Source: Perkinsela sp. CCAP 1560/9
Lineage: Eukaryota > Protista > Euglenozoa: Kinetoplastea
Reading direction: 5' to 3'
NCBI GenBank assembly: GCA_965644495.1
Contig: CBFFSA010000002.1
Location: 1,240,001-1,304,000 of the forward strand
Length of the DNA stretch: 64,000 nt
Both the position numbers and the translations under genes were made by a program. Below the pieces are notes generated by a model, which was not told the origin of the DNA, searched no databases, and saw only the letters and a list, made by a program, of their open reading frames with translations. Position 1 is the stretch's first letter, and the number at the start of each line of letters is the position of its first letter. This document shows, in pieces, positions 11,553 to 23,108 of the stretch.

Positions 11553-13251
11553 AGAAATTAATAAATGATACACCCTCGCTAATTAATTTTTAGAACTATA
11601 TTTTATAGAATTATAAAAGTCGAAAATCATCCGTTTATAAAAATAAATTTATATTAGCGGAGGTATAGAGGGGGGGCACGCGTCTGTGGTGATCGGCAGA
11701 ATATGGCAGAAATGGGCAATAATCTGCTGTTAACGAGGACTGCAGCGGAGAAAAAGAGTCCCATGTGGAAAAAAATCGGTGCCGCTTCGTGACGTAAGTC
11801 CTCAGTTACTTAAGCGTGACATCCAGTATGTACTTTGTGATAAAAAAACTGTTCTTCGCTAAAAATGTACGAAAATTATGTTAGATGTGTTAAAAGTCTT
11901 AAAATTTTAGTATTTGCCTTGTTTTGATTGCAGTTCGAGAGCTTACTTCATCACATGATTTCTTTTTTATGTGCACCAAGCAACACACCATGATACGTGA
12001 TGAGGTCGAGGATTGACTTTGCAATCCCTTCCTCGCGAAGCGTCACCCGGCATGCAACATAGTCGTCGTAGGTCCAAACATTGAAAAACAAAACTGAAAA
12101 AAATGGGGGGTCCAGGGGGCGCATATGCCCTTTGAAAAATTTATGGTTCGAAATCCAGCGAAGAGAAGTGTTAGAGTACGCAGCGGCGATAATTCCCCCC
12201 CCCCCCCCACTTGGGGGTGACCCCCCCTGGTACGCGCAGGAGGGCCCCGAAAAGTTCGAAATTCCAAAAGAAATCCAAAAGAAAAGTAAAAACATTATTT
12301 TTCCAAAATCGACTCCTAAAACATACAGGGGTGCGAACCTAAAGGTGGGGGGGTCTAAAATTCGTAAAAGTTGTCCAATTTTGGAAAATAATAGGAGTTT
12401 GGGCTACCATTCTACGACGGTTTTTTCGTGAGGTGCGCCTCCTACCCCTACTGGTAAGGCATCAAAAGCAGCCCAGATTTGGGTCAAAATTTCGCTTTTT
12501 TGGCCCACAAATCGGGCATTTTCAAACAAAAAATTGTATTATTCGTGATCTTTTTGGCAATTTTTCTTTTTTAGTCGCTTCATTAAACGCGGAGGTAGTT
12601 TTCAACTCGAAGCACGCAGCATGAGTGAATTCTACGTTGAAAACAACCACCGCGGTTTTTTATCACATAATACCGGAGGGGTATATAACTACCAAAACGA
12701 AAAAAGCTTTTCACACGAAAAAAGCGCGCCGCTTCGCGGCGCGGGGTAGGTTCCAAAAATAAAGTACGCCTCAAAAGGACGAAACCCTTGCGATCGGCAG
12801 AATATGGCAGAATAGTGCCGCATTGGCGGTGACCACCCCTCATAGTACTTGGTAAATAGCAGATAACTTTTCTAGTTAAATAAAATCGAATTTTTACAAT
12901 TTTTGAAGTTCATCAAGACTGCTATTAACTAAGGGATTTTCTAGGCGAAAGAAATTTACCCAGACATAACTTTCATATTGTTATAAGGTGGAATTCAAGG
13001 AAGATTGCACACTTCTTGAAAAAAAAAGTAATATCTGTTTTTTCTGAACAAAAATTGTACAGAAAAGCATCTTATGAAGTGATAAACTTATTGCTATTCA
13101 CTAAGAACATTTTTTTCTCGCTTTTCTTGTACTATTTCAATGGTCTGCTCTGGATGCCCCGACACGAGATGAGCAGAGCAGTTGGCTTTAACGGACGTGG
13201 GTGCTTGGAATGATACAAGTGCTCTTGTGTGATTAAAATGGCATACAAAAT

Positions 13252-13550
13252 TTGGCGGACACGACCCGAGATGCGAAACTAAAACAAATGTTTGTGAATT
13301 CCGTACCCGGAGGAGAGCGGAAACGTTGGTACCACTCGTTGAAGAAATGGCTCGTGGACCCCGTTGTCGCATCTCGACCGATGGAGCACGCCACAACCAG
13401 ACAGGTTTCTCAGGCAAGTACCGCTGGATCCAAGTAGTCCATCGGAATGAATGGGTAACACCAGAAGGTGTGCACACAAATACCGTTGAAGGAGGCAATT
13501 TGATGCCCAAAAAGTACGGAGAAAAGGGAAAAGTGTGCAATCTTCCTTGA
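13252..13550 (+). pseudogene. Merlin/IS1595-family transposase fragment (frameshifted)
   Basis: RAETLVPLV...ISTDG...VVHRNEWVTPEGVHTNTVEG. Confidence 0.8.
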
Positions 13551-13563
13551 ATGTAACCTCTTA

Positions 13564-14484
13564 AACCCCCCACAGCGAAAAGTCACCCCCTCTAACTTTT
13601 CAGCCAAGTGTCCGTTTGAGCTCATTTTTGTTGCACTTTGCTGTTCCCAACACAAAGACTTTGCGCGTTATAGCATGGAACCAAGGCTCTCAAATGCGTG
13701 CATCCGATAGATGGATTATCACTTTCTTCACATTTTTCAAGAGACCAATTTCTCACACTTTAACAAAATAAATATTCTCCTCCCATGGGAAATTCAATTA
13801 TTTTTGTCCGTTTTTGCTGATTTTTGTTGCAATCGAGAGATCTCGTTCTCCTAGCAAAGATCTTTGCCGCTATTTTTTAATATTGACCCACTTGTGCCCC
13901 CTGGCCGCGGAGCGTTTGTTTTCTTAAATTAGTGTGGTATGACGATGCAAAAAAATAGAACCTAAAAACAATATTCTTTTTCAGTTTCTAAAATGATCTA
14001 AAAATGGTGGCAACGTGTAGATCTCAGAATTTTGAACGAGAAAATGATATCTTAACCCCCTTAGGCCCCTTCAAGCAAAAAGTAAAGGGGACAGCTTAAA
14101 AAAGTTGATTTATCACCGTTTCAAGAAAGACCCAATCAAAGCGAAATATTCCACCACGTGACAAATTCAATGTTTGTTTTCTGTTTTTAATCATTTTTGT
14201 TGCAATCGAGAGATCTCGTTCCCCTAGCGAAGATCTGTGACACCATTTTCATGTTGACCCACTTCTCCCCCCCTGGTCGAGGAACATGAGATTTTTCGGG
14301 TAATATTGGCATGACTATCTAAAAACGTCATTAAAAAAATGAGTTTTAATTTGTTATCTGTGAAGTCTAAAAACAGCGGGAACGTGCAGATCTCAAAATT
14401 TTGAACGAAAAAGTGGTGCCGCAACCCCCCTAAGCCTCGTTGTACAAAAAAAAGAGGGGGGTGACTTATTCGCTGCGGGGGGTT
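13564..14484. mobile_element. Non-autonomous Tc1-A-related element
   Basis: ta|aaccccccacagcgaaaagtcaccccc ... ggtgacttattcgctgcggggggtt|ta; subterminal sequence shared with 6264-7196; no transposase. Confidence 0.8.
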
Positions 14485-14524
14485 TATAACAACATTTTCT
14501 CAAAACAAAGTACATAGAGTCATG

Positions 14525-15130
14525 CTATATCTTTCTTAGCGTCAATTTCTTAACCTTCGATTTACTAGCTACTAATTTGGGCGGGGGCTTTAGGCCTTGC
14601 CATGCAAGTGGAATGCCTTCCTGTAGGTGCAATGGAAGCTTGCCCTTCACTGTTCCCGTTAGTTCGGGATTGTTCGTGAGGTTAAAGGCTCCAAAATCGC
14701 GCTCTTGCAGTATAGCGAGATCCACGTGACCACTAAAACAACAGTTTGATAGGTCCAACACCGTGAGAAATGGGGGGAAATTCTCAAAACAAAGTGCTCC
14801 CGAGAACAAATTGTTGCCGATCAACATTTTCGTGAGGGCTTCGGGGAGAACAGAAAAATCTACCTCCCCGCGCAGCTTATTTCTTTGCAAACCTAAATTT
14901 CTCAAGGTAGAAGGCAGATGTTTCCACTCTACTGTACCTTGAAGTTTTAGTTCAGTCCAAATAAGGGCATGAACTTCATTCTCGATATAGCAATACGCAC
15001 CCATCCACTTACATGCAGGCGTGTCTGTTGTCCATGAGGGGTGGGGGTTTTCTATACCACGGATGAAATTCGCCAGCAGATATTCGTTTGGAAGAAAGGT
15101 ACCACGTACCTTGGCGGGGCGTGACTCCAT
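14525..15130 (-). CDS. Short LRR protein with a basic C-terminal tail (copy 1)
   Basis: SRPAKVRGTFLPNEYLL...ACKWMGAYC cap plus ~4 LRRs. Confidence 0.85.
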   Translation of the reverse strand: MESRPAKVRGTFLPNEYLLANFIRGIENPHPSWTTDTPACKWMGAYCYIENEVHALIWTELKLQGTVEWKHLPSTLRNLGLQRNKLRGEVDFSVLPEALTKMLIGNNLFSGALCFENFPPFLTVLDLSNCCFSGHVDLAILQERDFGAFNLTNNPELTGTVKGKLPLHLQEGIPLAWQGLKPPPKLVASKSKVKKLTLRKI

Positions 15131-15340
15131 GGTATATTGAAGGAATAATACTAGAAAGTGACTAGATACAAGAAACTGTACAGTTCACTTTTTAGACTCA
15201 ATGCTGATCGCTATTTAATCATGGGCTTAATACAGTTAAAGACGTAAACGCCAGGAGGCAGAAAATTTGATAATACAATTGTGACTCCCAGCATACATGT
15301 ATAGTGGCGCGGGTTTGGGAGAAACGGTACCACATACATA

Positions 15341-16079
15341 CAGGGGTGGGCACCTTCAGAGTGGGGGGGTCTAAAATTCGTAAAACTTGTTCAATTTTGG
15401 AAAGTAATAGCGCATTCGAGAGCTCTCAAATAGTCTGGTGTAATCGTAAAAAGCACTCTGCGAAAGTTTACGGGAATCAAAGAAAGCTAGAATGGTCCCA
15501 AACACGAATTGCAACTTTATTTTTTAAGCGAAAAAGTCCTTTTTTTCCAAAAAAAATCTCAGTACCCACAATTTCCCCCTTTTTTCTCAATAACTATTTG
15601 AAAGCGCTTGGAGACACTCTTTATGGTCTTCACGCAAGTACTTTTGAGATCGGTTTGAGGTGCCTCGTATGCACTCTCGATAGAAGAGAGGAGATCTGCG
15701 CGATTGCGTGGTCGCATGCGATCCTTGTGCTGATCCATGATATTCCACAAGTTTTCGATGGGGTTGAGATCCGGTGACTTTGCGGGCCAGGGGAGCGTTC
15801 GCACGTTTTGCTGCTGAAAAGTACGCCTTGCCAAGTTGTGCGCAGGGCAATTGTCCATAGCAACAACTGCACGGTGCCTGTGTAGGTAGTTCAAAAGACC
15901 ATTACGCTTGGTCATGGCAGCTTCGAAAACAGCCGCGTTCACAGTAACTCTATTTCCCTGCTCATCTCTATTAGGAAAAATGTGCAGATGAAATCCATGC
16001 TTTATGCTTACCCCCATCCACACCATTATACCATCGCCCCCTACCCACGCTTCCAGCTCACCTAGCTGCTCTTTTACAG
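15341..16079 (-). mobile_element. Tc1 family B, 3' half, cut by the retrotransposon
   Basis: One TIR plus MDNCPAH...WPAKSPDLNPIENLW; matches 32580-33318. Confidence 0.92.
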
Positions 16080-16726
16080 AAATCCACGCCGCGGGGCATA
16101 ATAAATAACATGTATCGAATAGTAAACAAAGAAACAACTAAAATGTATCTGATTGCTCACAAGCCCTATTTCCCAATCTCAAAACATAACATCAACATTA
16201 AACTGTAAATAATATGTTCTCACGACAATTTTAGGCCTGCAAACATATATGTCACTGTCACTCTGTTAACGGGGTTCCCCCCACCGGAACCCTCGACCAA
16301 ATGGCTGGGGGCTCGGTGGGCGGGCACAAAAACTTTTGAAACGTAAGTAGAAAAAATAGCCTACCAAGAATATAAAGAATGAATAATGAAATTACAACAC
16401 TATTTGAAACAAATCATAATTTGAAGAAATTATGTGCCCCGAAGGGCCAAGCAGGCATAAACAACTCCCTGCCCCGCGGCTAAATTTCCAAACGTGGACT
16501 ATTAGAAATCCACGCCGCGGGGCATAATAAATAACATGTATCGAATAGTAAACAAAGAAACAACTAAAATGTATCTGATTGCTCACAAGCCCTATTTCCC
16601 AATCTCAAAACATAACATCAACATTAAACTGTAAATAATATGTTCTCACGACAATTTTAGGCCTGCAAACATATATGTCACTGTCACTCTGTTAACGGGG
16701 TTCCCCCCACCGGAACCCTCGACCAA
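16078..16726 (-). repeat. Split direct repeats B1-A2-B2
   Basis: 223-bp direct repeat at 16078-16300 and 16504-16726 around a 203-bp segment (16301-16503). Confidence 0.9.
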
Positions 16727-17238
16727 CCTGCCCGCACACACGTCACACAAAATAAAACCTGTATAAAAATGCCCGGACACATAGTAAATCATATATAGAA
16801 AAGAAATCATAATCAAACCTCACTTACAGAACTCGTACAAGGATAACGATAGCAATAGATGACCAGTCCACTGCCACGCCCTTTACAAGCTCACACGAGC
16901 TACACAGGTTACGCTTTCAACCTCTGCCCATGCACCAACTTGGGACCTAGAAGTGTGGAGCAACTAGGCGTGGTGTACGGCCGTGTCAACAGTGACGCGG
17001 TTAAAAAACATTAAGGCGTTAATCGTAGAATAAAGGAAACCTTTACTCATATTTACCTCACATTGGGGAACCTTGCTTCCGAAAAGGAAACAAGGCGTGA
17101 GAATAAAGCCTGTTAACCGATTAACATCCATAACCTTCCAAAATTATAGGGACAACCTCCATACCCCAGGACCCCGTCCGCTCTTTTTTTTTTTTTTTTT
17201 TTTTTTGTCTTTTTTTTTGTATTTGGTGTTCCTGTCCC

Positions 17239-20200
17239 CTAGGGTTTTCCTTCAATATGACTGTCTAGCTTACCAATATGATGATGCTGATTATCGCTGT
17301 ATTTGTCGATGTTGCCTTTATATTTCTCAACCTTCTCTCTCTCAATCTCCTTCCCGCGACTGACAGCATCCGCCGGGTTCTCATCCGTGGATATATACGC
17401 TGCCTTCACATAAATACCTTTGTCCTCTGTCAGTCGCAGGACTTCGCGCAATTCCATTGAAACCCCCTCTGACTTGGAGATCCTCCTGTTCAGTGCAGCC
17501 TGACAGGAGGTGTTATCAACAAAAACATCCAAGCAGGTTCCACGGGGCAATGCGCGGAAAACTTCTCGAGGGCTAGGCGGACTGCTGCAGCTTCCGCACG
17601 ATTCACCTCATACGAGGAGGACTCAGGCCACGCCTCTCCCGTAATCAAAACCTCTCCGCTGTCTAAATACATAATCGCTCCCCACCCTTTCACCGAGGCA
17701 TCGGTGTAGAGACGATGCTTGTGTGGAACAACATCGGGATGGGGAGGTGGAGACCGTGGAACATTCTCCAACAACTCGTTTCTCCACTCTGCTAGCATGG
17801 AGCGAGTGACGACAGGGAGTGCGACCGGACGGTCACATAACTTCGGGCAACGGTTCAACAAGTTGATACGCCGTTGCGCCACCTTCAAAGCGAAATAAAA
17901 TCGCGGCATATTGAGTCGGAGAACTGCGGAGCCATAAATGAGGCGCCCCACCACCGCCTCTAGGTCAACAAAGGAAATGTTGAAGAAAGAGTCGGCTCGC
18001 AGTTTCCTGATCACTCGCGGCCCCAGGCAGACCGTATGCGCGTTATGGTCGAACGCCACCCCATTGGACACGTACTGTGCTACAGGGGGCTGACCCCGAT
18101 CTTTGAAAAGACCGTTCGCTTTGTCGCAACGCTCGTCAATGAACTGAGCGTACGTGGTGGCCTCGGAGTCGGTTCCTGCAAACCGAACTCCGTCAACATA
18201 AACGTCGATAGCGCCTCGGTGAAACGAGTAGCGCTGAGAACAAATCGACGCCTCGCCAGCAATCGCGGCGGTAACCGTGTGCATAACCTCCGGTGCACAC
18301 CTATGGCCCATCGGGAGGACGTTCATCTCATACACGTCTCCACTGGTCGTTCTAAGGCGGAATTTGGGCCGCGCCCTCTTCGGGATACCAATCTGGTAAA
18401 ACCCGCATGTGAAGTCCCGCTTCACAGCCATCGGCTCGTGCGCCTTATGAAGATACTTGGAGGGATGATATAATGGGACCTTTGGTTCATATGATTTTAA
18501 TCTATCGTTATCGTCCCTTGTCCATGAAATAAATCTTCTGCGCTGATTGCCCTCATCATCGGTCTCCACAACCGTGAAGGGAATCATGAACTGCATCGAT
18601 GGGCGCTTTCTCAACTCCTGCGCCGGGACCTTAGAGATTATGCCTGCGTCCTCCAACAATCGGACGTCCGCCTCAGGCAATGAACCTTTCACACTAGGTT
18701 CGGGGTACGGGGCTTTAGGTACCCATAATAATTCATCCACTACCTTGCGAAAACGAGTGGCAGCTGACATACTCATCCACTCCTTAACCTGATCCAAATG
18801 GATAACAGGTATCGACTTCTTAACGTGCAAAGGTAGGTGAGCGTCGTGTGCCTTGGCTAGCCGTGAAGAGCGGCGTGCACAAACAACGGAGTGCCTGTGA
18901 AGGTAAGGCACTTCCTCGAAGCACTTTGCCACGTGCTCCGAGGTTACAGCACTGGGAGACGTGCTGAGACTCTCTGCGTCCCGAGAGCCCTTGCCGTTGT
19001 AATACTGCTTGCGTTGTAGCGCAACAGTGATTCGACGTTGAGGTGTTTCGTGAGGTTCTGGACGTCCTCCATCCTGAGATTCCCGAGGGAGATCTCGTGG
19101 AATAGGTAAGTAATCGCACCTCTTTTTATGGAATGTGTTCCATACCCGGGACCGAGAAGTTGATTCATCCTGTGGTCCATCTCCCGGACCGTCGTGTAAC
19201 ACAGGCGTTGGCCTGGTCTCAAACTTCCCACAAACTGAGCCAGTTCGGGTGTTCCGGGGCCAGTCACTATCGCGTAGAGGTACGGCCGGTAAGGATTCAG
19301 ACGAGTCGTCTTTGTCCCCCTGCCCCAATAAATGATTACCTCGTGACTGGCCACACTCACGAACTGCTCCCGCCTCAGGTCGGCGGTCTCGGTCCATCTC
19401 GCAGCGGCTTTCCAACACAGGAGGCAACACATGCTCTCCTTTACGTCGAGATGACGTCTCAGCTTCTTTAGAAGAAGTGGCGTGATTGGAAGCATCTGCC
19501 GCGTGGGTTCTAGCCCCCCCTGCGCTTGCAGGGCCTTTACGTAGAGACTCAATGGGGTGCCTTCGATTCCCATGAGCTCGAATAGAGTCCTCAATGCCCC
19601 TGCGTACCCCATGCGCGTTGAGGTAGCGAGAGGCAGAGTCTCGAGGAAGAGCACCGCGTTTGCAGGATTCGCGGTGATTCCCTTCGCCTGGCAGTACTCG
19701 CGCAGGCGGAACCATAATCGCTCCCTTGTGGCCCACGTGGCCGTCGCCCACATGGGCTGGAGCGCCTCGCTCATCTGAGTGGCGCGGGGATCTTCGGGGT
19801 GCATCTGGAGAATGGCCCCCAGTAATTCTTGGCGGCGCTTCCCGGGCGGCCGTAGAGTGGCGGCGGCGGTTGCGGCGGCGGCGGTTGCGGCGGTTGCGGC
19901 GGGAACGGAGAGCCGGGGTAGAGGGCGAGCCGGGAGGGAGAGACTGCGACGACGGAGACGTATCGGGGAGAACTGACGCGGAGGAGGAGTATTGCCACGC
20001 ATGCGTGGCCGTCTTTCTCGTCGGCGGAGGAGCGGGGAGGGAATGGGGGTAGTAAATTCCACCCGTCGTCGCCTGGGACGACGGGCACGAGCAATAATTG
20101 GGGTGGGGAGCATTTCCTAGTGGAAAGCCCGCGATGCGCCGTAACGGTTGGCGCCGCCCACCACCCCGCCTCGAAAATCCTGTTGCGGGGCGCGTGTGGT

Positions 20201-20279
20201 ACGGAACTGCCCCCCCTGTTGTTGAGATGTTTGCGGGCAATTCGATCGGAGGTGGCCTGGCTGATGACAGCCAAAACAA
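17239..20279 (-). CDS. Reverse transcriptase/RNase H; frameshift at ~17550 inside RNase H; true start unknown
   Basis: LPLHVK, KRDFTCGFYQ, VLPMGHRCAP, YVDG, LYTDASVKGWG, NRAEAAA; then in another frame FVDNTS...STDENPADAVSRG. Confidence 0.88.
18944..20113 (-). CDS. Tyrosine recombinase
   Basis: AARWTE (R), GTKT (K), HSIKRGA, LTKH, SLLRY (Y). Confidence 0.9.
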   Translation of the reverse strand: MLPTPIIARARRPRRRRVEFTTPIPSPLLRRRERRPRMRGNTPPPRQFSPIRLRRRSLSLPARPLPRLSVPAATAATAAAATAAATLRPPGKRRQELLGAILQMHPEDPRATQMSEALQPMWATATWATRERLWFRLREYCQAKGITANPANAVLFLETLPLATSTRMGYAGALRTLFELMGIEGTPLSLYVKALQAQGGLEPTRQMLPITPLLLKKLRRHLDVKESMCCLLCWKAAARWTETADLRREQFVSVASHEVIIYWGRGTKTTRLNPYRPYLYAIVTGPGTPELAQFVGSLRPGQRLCYTTVREMDHRMNQLLGPGYGTHSIKRGAITYLFHEISLGNLRMEDVQNLTKHLNVESLLRYNASSITTARALGTQRVSARLPVL

Positions 20280-20689
20280 AACGGTCCCTGGCTGCGTCGT
20301 CGAGGGGCACGCTGCGCAGTCCGGCCCCTCAGTTGCTCGTCGACCACAAGCTGACCGTAGCGGTCCTGAGGGTCGTCGTCACGGTGCAACCGCTGTTGCA
20401 CACGTTCGACTGCAACACCCGCCGCAGCCCAATAATGGTTGCGAAGCTCTTCGATGATGAGAAGGGCTACGGCGAGGTTGTGCTTCTCTAGCCAACCCTC
20501 TGTGTTGCGCGCAGCGTAAACCCATTCAGTCAACATTTTAAACAGGCGCTCACGCTGCGGTGGAGGGTTGAAGCGTACCCCAAGCTGCGGAGCTTCGCGC
20601 AGCTCACGGATGAGTTCACGTGGCTTGAACAAATCATCCGTGTCGATCCACGGTTGCCAAGTAACCGGATCGTAGGGGGAGAAGCCTTT
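20117..20689 (-). CDS. Gag-like protein, N-terminally truncated
   Basis: CFGCHQPGHLRSNC zinc knuckle; the frame stays open (KGFSPYDPVTWQPWIDTDD) up to the amplification junction and has no start ATG at its 5' end. Confidence 0.8.
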   Translation of the reverse strand, partial: KGFSPYDPVTWQPWIDTDDLFKPRELIRELREAPQLGVRFNPPPQRERLFKMLTEWVYAARNTEGWLEKHNLAVALLIIEELRNHYWAAAGVAVERVQQRLHRDDDPQDRYGQLVVDEQLRGRTAQRAPRRRSQGPFCFGCHQPGHLRSNCPQTSQQQGGQFRTTRAPQQDFRGGVVGGANRYGASRAFH

Positions 20690-21834
20690 TCATATGCCCT
20701 TTAATGCATATGCCCTTTGAAAAATTTATGGTTCGAAATCCAGCGAAGAGAAGTGTTAGGGTACGCAGCGGCGATAATTCCCCCCCCCCCCACTTGGGGG
20801 TGACCCCCCCTGGTACGCGCAGGAGGGCCCCGAAAAGTTCGAAATTCCAAAAGAAATCCAAAAGAAAAGTAAAAACATTATTTTTCCAAAATCGACTCCT
20901 AAAACATACAGGGGTGCGAACCTAAAGGTGGGGGGGTCTAAAATTCGTAAAAGTTGTCCAATTTTGGAAAATAATAGGAGTTTGGGCTACCATTCTACGA
21001 CGGTTTTTTCGTGAGGTGCGCCTCCTACCCCTACTGGTAAGGCATCAAAAGCAGCCCAGATTTGGGTCAAAATTTCGCTTTTTTGGCCCACAAATCGGGC
21101 ATTTTCAAACAAAAAATTGTATTATTCGTGATCTTTTTGGCAATTTTTCTTTTTTAGTCGCTTCATTAAACGCGGAGGTAGTTTTCAACTCGAAGCACGC
21201 AGCATGAGTGAATTCTACGTTGAAAACAACCACCGCGGTTTTTTATCACATAATACCGGAGGGGTATATAACTACCAAAACGAAAAAAGCTTTTCACACG
21301 AAAAAAGCGCGCCGCTTCGCGGCGCGGGGTAGGTTCCAAAAATAAAGTACGCCTCAAAAGGACGAAACCCTTGCGATCGGCAGAATATGGCAGAATAGTG
21401 CCGCATTGGCGGTGACCACCCCTCATAGTACTTGGTAAATAGCAGATAACTTTTCTAGTTAAATAAAATCGAATTTTTACAATTTTTGAAGTTCATCAAG
21501 ACTGCTATTAACTAAGGGATTTTCTAGGCGAAAGAAATTTACCCAGACATAACTTTCATATTGTTATAAGGTGGAATTCAAGGAAGATTGCACACTTCTT
21601 GAAAAAAAAAGTAATATCTGTTTTTTCTGAACAAAAATTGTACAGAAAAGCATCTTATGAAGTGATAAACTTATTGCTATTCACTAAGAACATTTTTTTC
21701 TCGCTTTTCTTGTACTATTTCAATGGTCTGCTCTGGATGCCCCGACCCGAGATGAGCAGAGCAGTTGGCTTTAACGGACGTGGGTGCTTGGAATGATACA
21801 AGTGCTCTTGTGTGATTAAAATGGCATACAAAAT

Positions 21835-22134
21835 TTGGCGGACACGACCCGAGATGCGAAACTAAAACAAATGTTTGTGAATTCCGTACCCGATAGGAGA
21901 GCGGAAACGTTGGTACCACTCGTTGAAGAAATGGCTCGTGGACCCCGTTGTCGCATCTCGACCGATGGAGCACGCCACAACCAGACAGATTTCTCAGGCA
22001 AGTACCGCTGGATCCAAGTAGTCCATCGGAATGAATGGGTAACACCAGAAGGTGTGCACACAAATACCGTTGAAGGAGGCAATTTGATGCCCAAAAAGTA
22101 CGGAGAAAAGGGAAAAGTGTGCAATCTTCCTTGA
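21835..22134 (+). pseudogene. Merlin/IS1595-family transposase fragment (frame intact)
   Basis: VPDRRAETLVPLV...ISTDG...GVHTNTVEG. Confidence 0.8.
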
Positions 22135-22147
22135 ATGTAACCTCTTA

Positions 22148-23068
22148 AACCCCCCACAGCGAAAAGTCACCCCCTCTAACTTTTCAGCCAAGTGTCCGTT
22201 TGAGCTCATTTTTGTTGCACTTTGCTGTTCCCAACACAAAGACTTTGCGCGTTATAGCATGGAACCAAGGCTCTCAAATGCGTGCATCCGATAGATGGAT
22301 TATCACTTTCTTCACATTTTTCAAGAGACCAATTTCTCACACTTTAACAAAATAAATATTCTCCTCCCATGGGAAATTCAATTATTTTTGTCCGTTTTTG
22401 CTGATTTTTGTTGCAATCGAGAGATCTCGTTCTCCTAGCAAAGATCTTTGCCGCTATTTTTTAATATTGACCCACTTGTGCCCCCTGGCCGCGGAGCGTT
22501 TGTTTTCTTAAATTAGTGTGGTATGACGATGCAAAAAAATAGAACCTAAAAACAATATTCTTTTTCAGTTTCTAAAATGATCTAAAAATGGTGGCAACGT
22601 GTAGATCTCAGAATTTTGAACGAGAAAATGATATCTTAACCCCCTTAGGCCCCTTCAAGCAAAAAGTAAAGGGGACAGCTTAAAAAAGTTGATTTATCAC
22701 CGTTTCAAGAAAGACCCAATCAAAGCGAAATATTCCACCACGTGACAAATTCAATGTTTGTTTTCTGTTTTTAATCATTTTTGTTGCAATCGAGAGATCT
22801 CGTTCCCCTAGCGAAGATCTGTGACACCATTTTCATGTTGACCCACTTCTCCCCCCCTGGTCGAGGAACATGAGATTTTTCGGGTAATATTGGCATGACT
22901 ATCTAAAAACGTCATTAAAAAAATGAGTTTTAATTTGTTATCTGTGAAGTCTAAAAACAGCGGGAACGTGCAGATCTCAAAATTTTGAACGAAAAAGTGG
23001 TGCCGCAACCCCCCTAAGCCTCGTTGTACAAAAAAAAGAGGGGGGTGACTTATTCGCTGCGGGGGGTT
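22148..23068. mobile_element. Non-autonomous Tc1-A-related element, unit 2 copy
   Basis: Copy of 13564-14484. Confidence 0.8.
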
Positions 23069-23108
23069 TATAACAACATTTTCTCAAAACAAAGTACATA
23101 GAGTCATG

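Larger units (their letters stand above)
16078..20690 (-). mobile_element. Tyrosine-recombinase retrotransposon (DIRS order, VIPER/TATE-like gag-YR-RT/RH), 5'-truncated
   Basis: CCHC gag, YR, RT and RNase H motifs; 3' split direct repeats; junction defined by the empty site at 33318. Confidence 0.92.
12121..20705. repeat. Tandem amplification unit 1 (8585 bp)
   Basis: gcatatgccctttgaaaaat starts at 12121, 20706 and 29359; ORF content repeats almost identically. Confidence 0.97.

Noticed and set aside
15559-16137. 192-aa ORF as a genuine gene
   Set aside because: It is a chimera of the retroelement end and the Tc1-B C-terminus.
16078-16726. LTR pair of an LTR retrotransposon
   Set aside because: Both repeats are at the same end, there is no DDE integrase, and a YR is present.
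18944-20113. Prophage or integron integrase
   Set aside because: It sits between gag and RT in a eukaryotic context with no phage genes.
17073-20491. Plus-strand and third-frame ORFs over the retroelement (similar shadows over LRR genes)
   Set aside because: Shadow frames of GC-rich coding sequence with no motifs.
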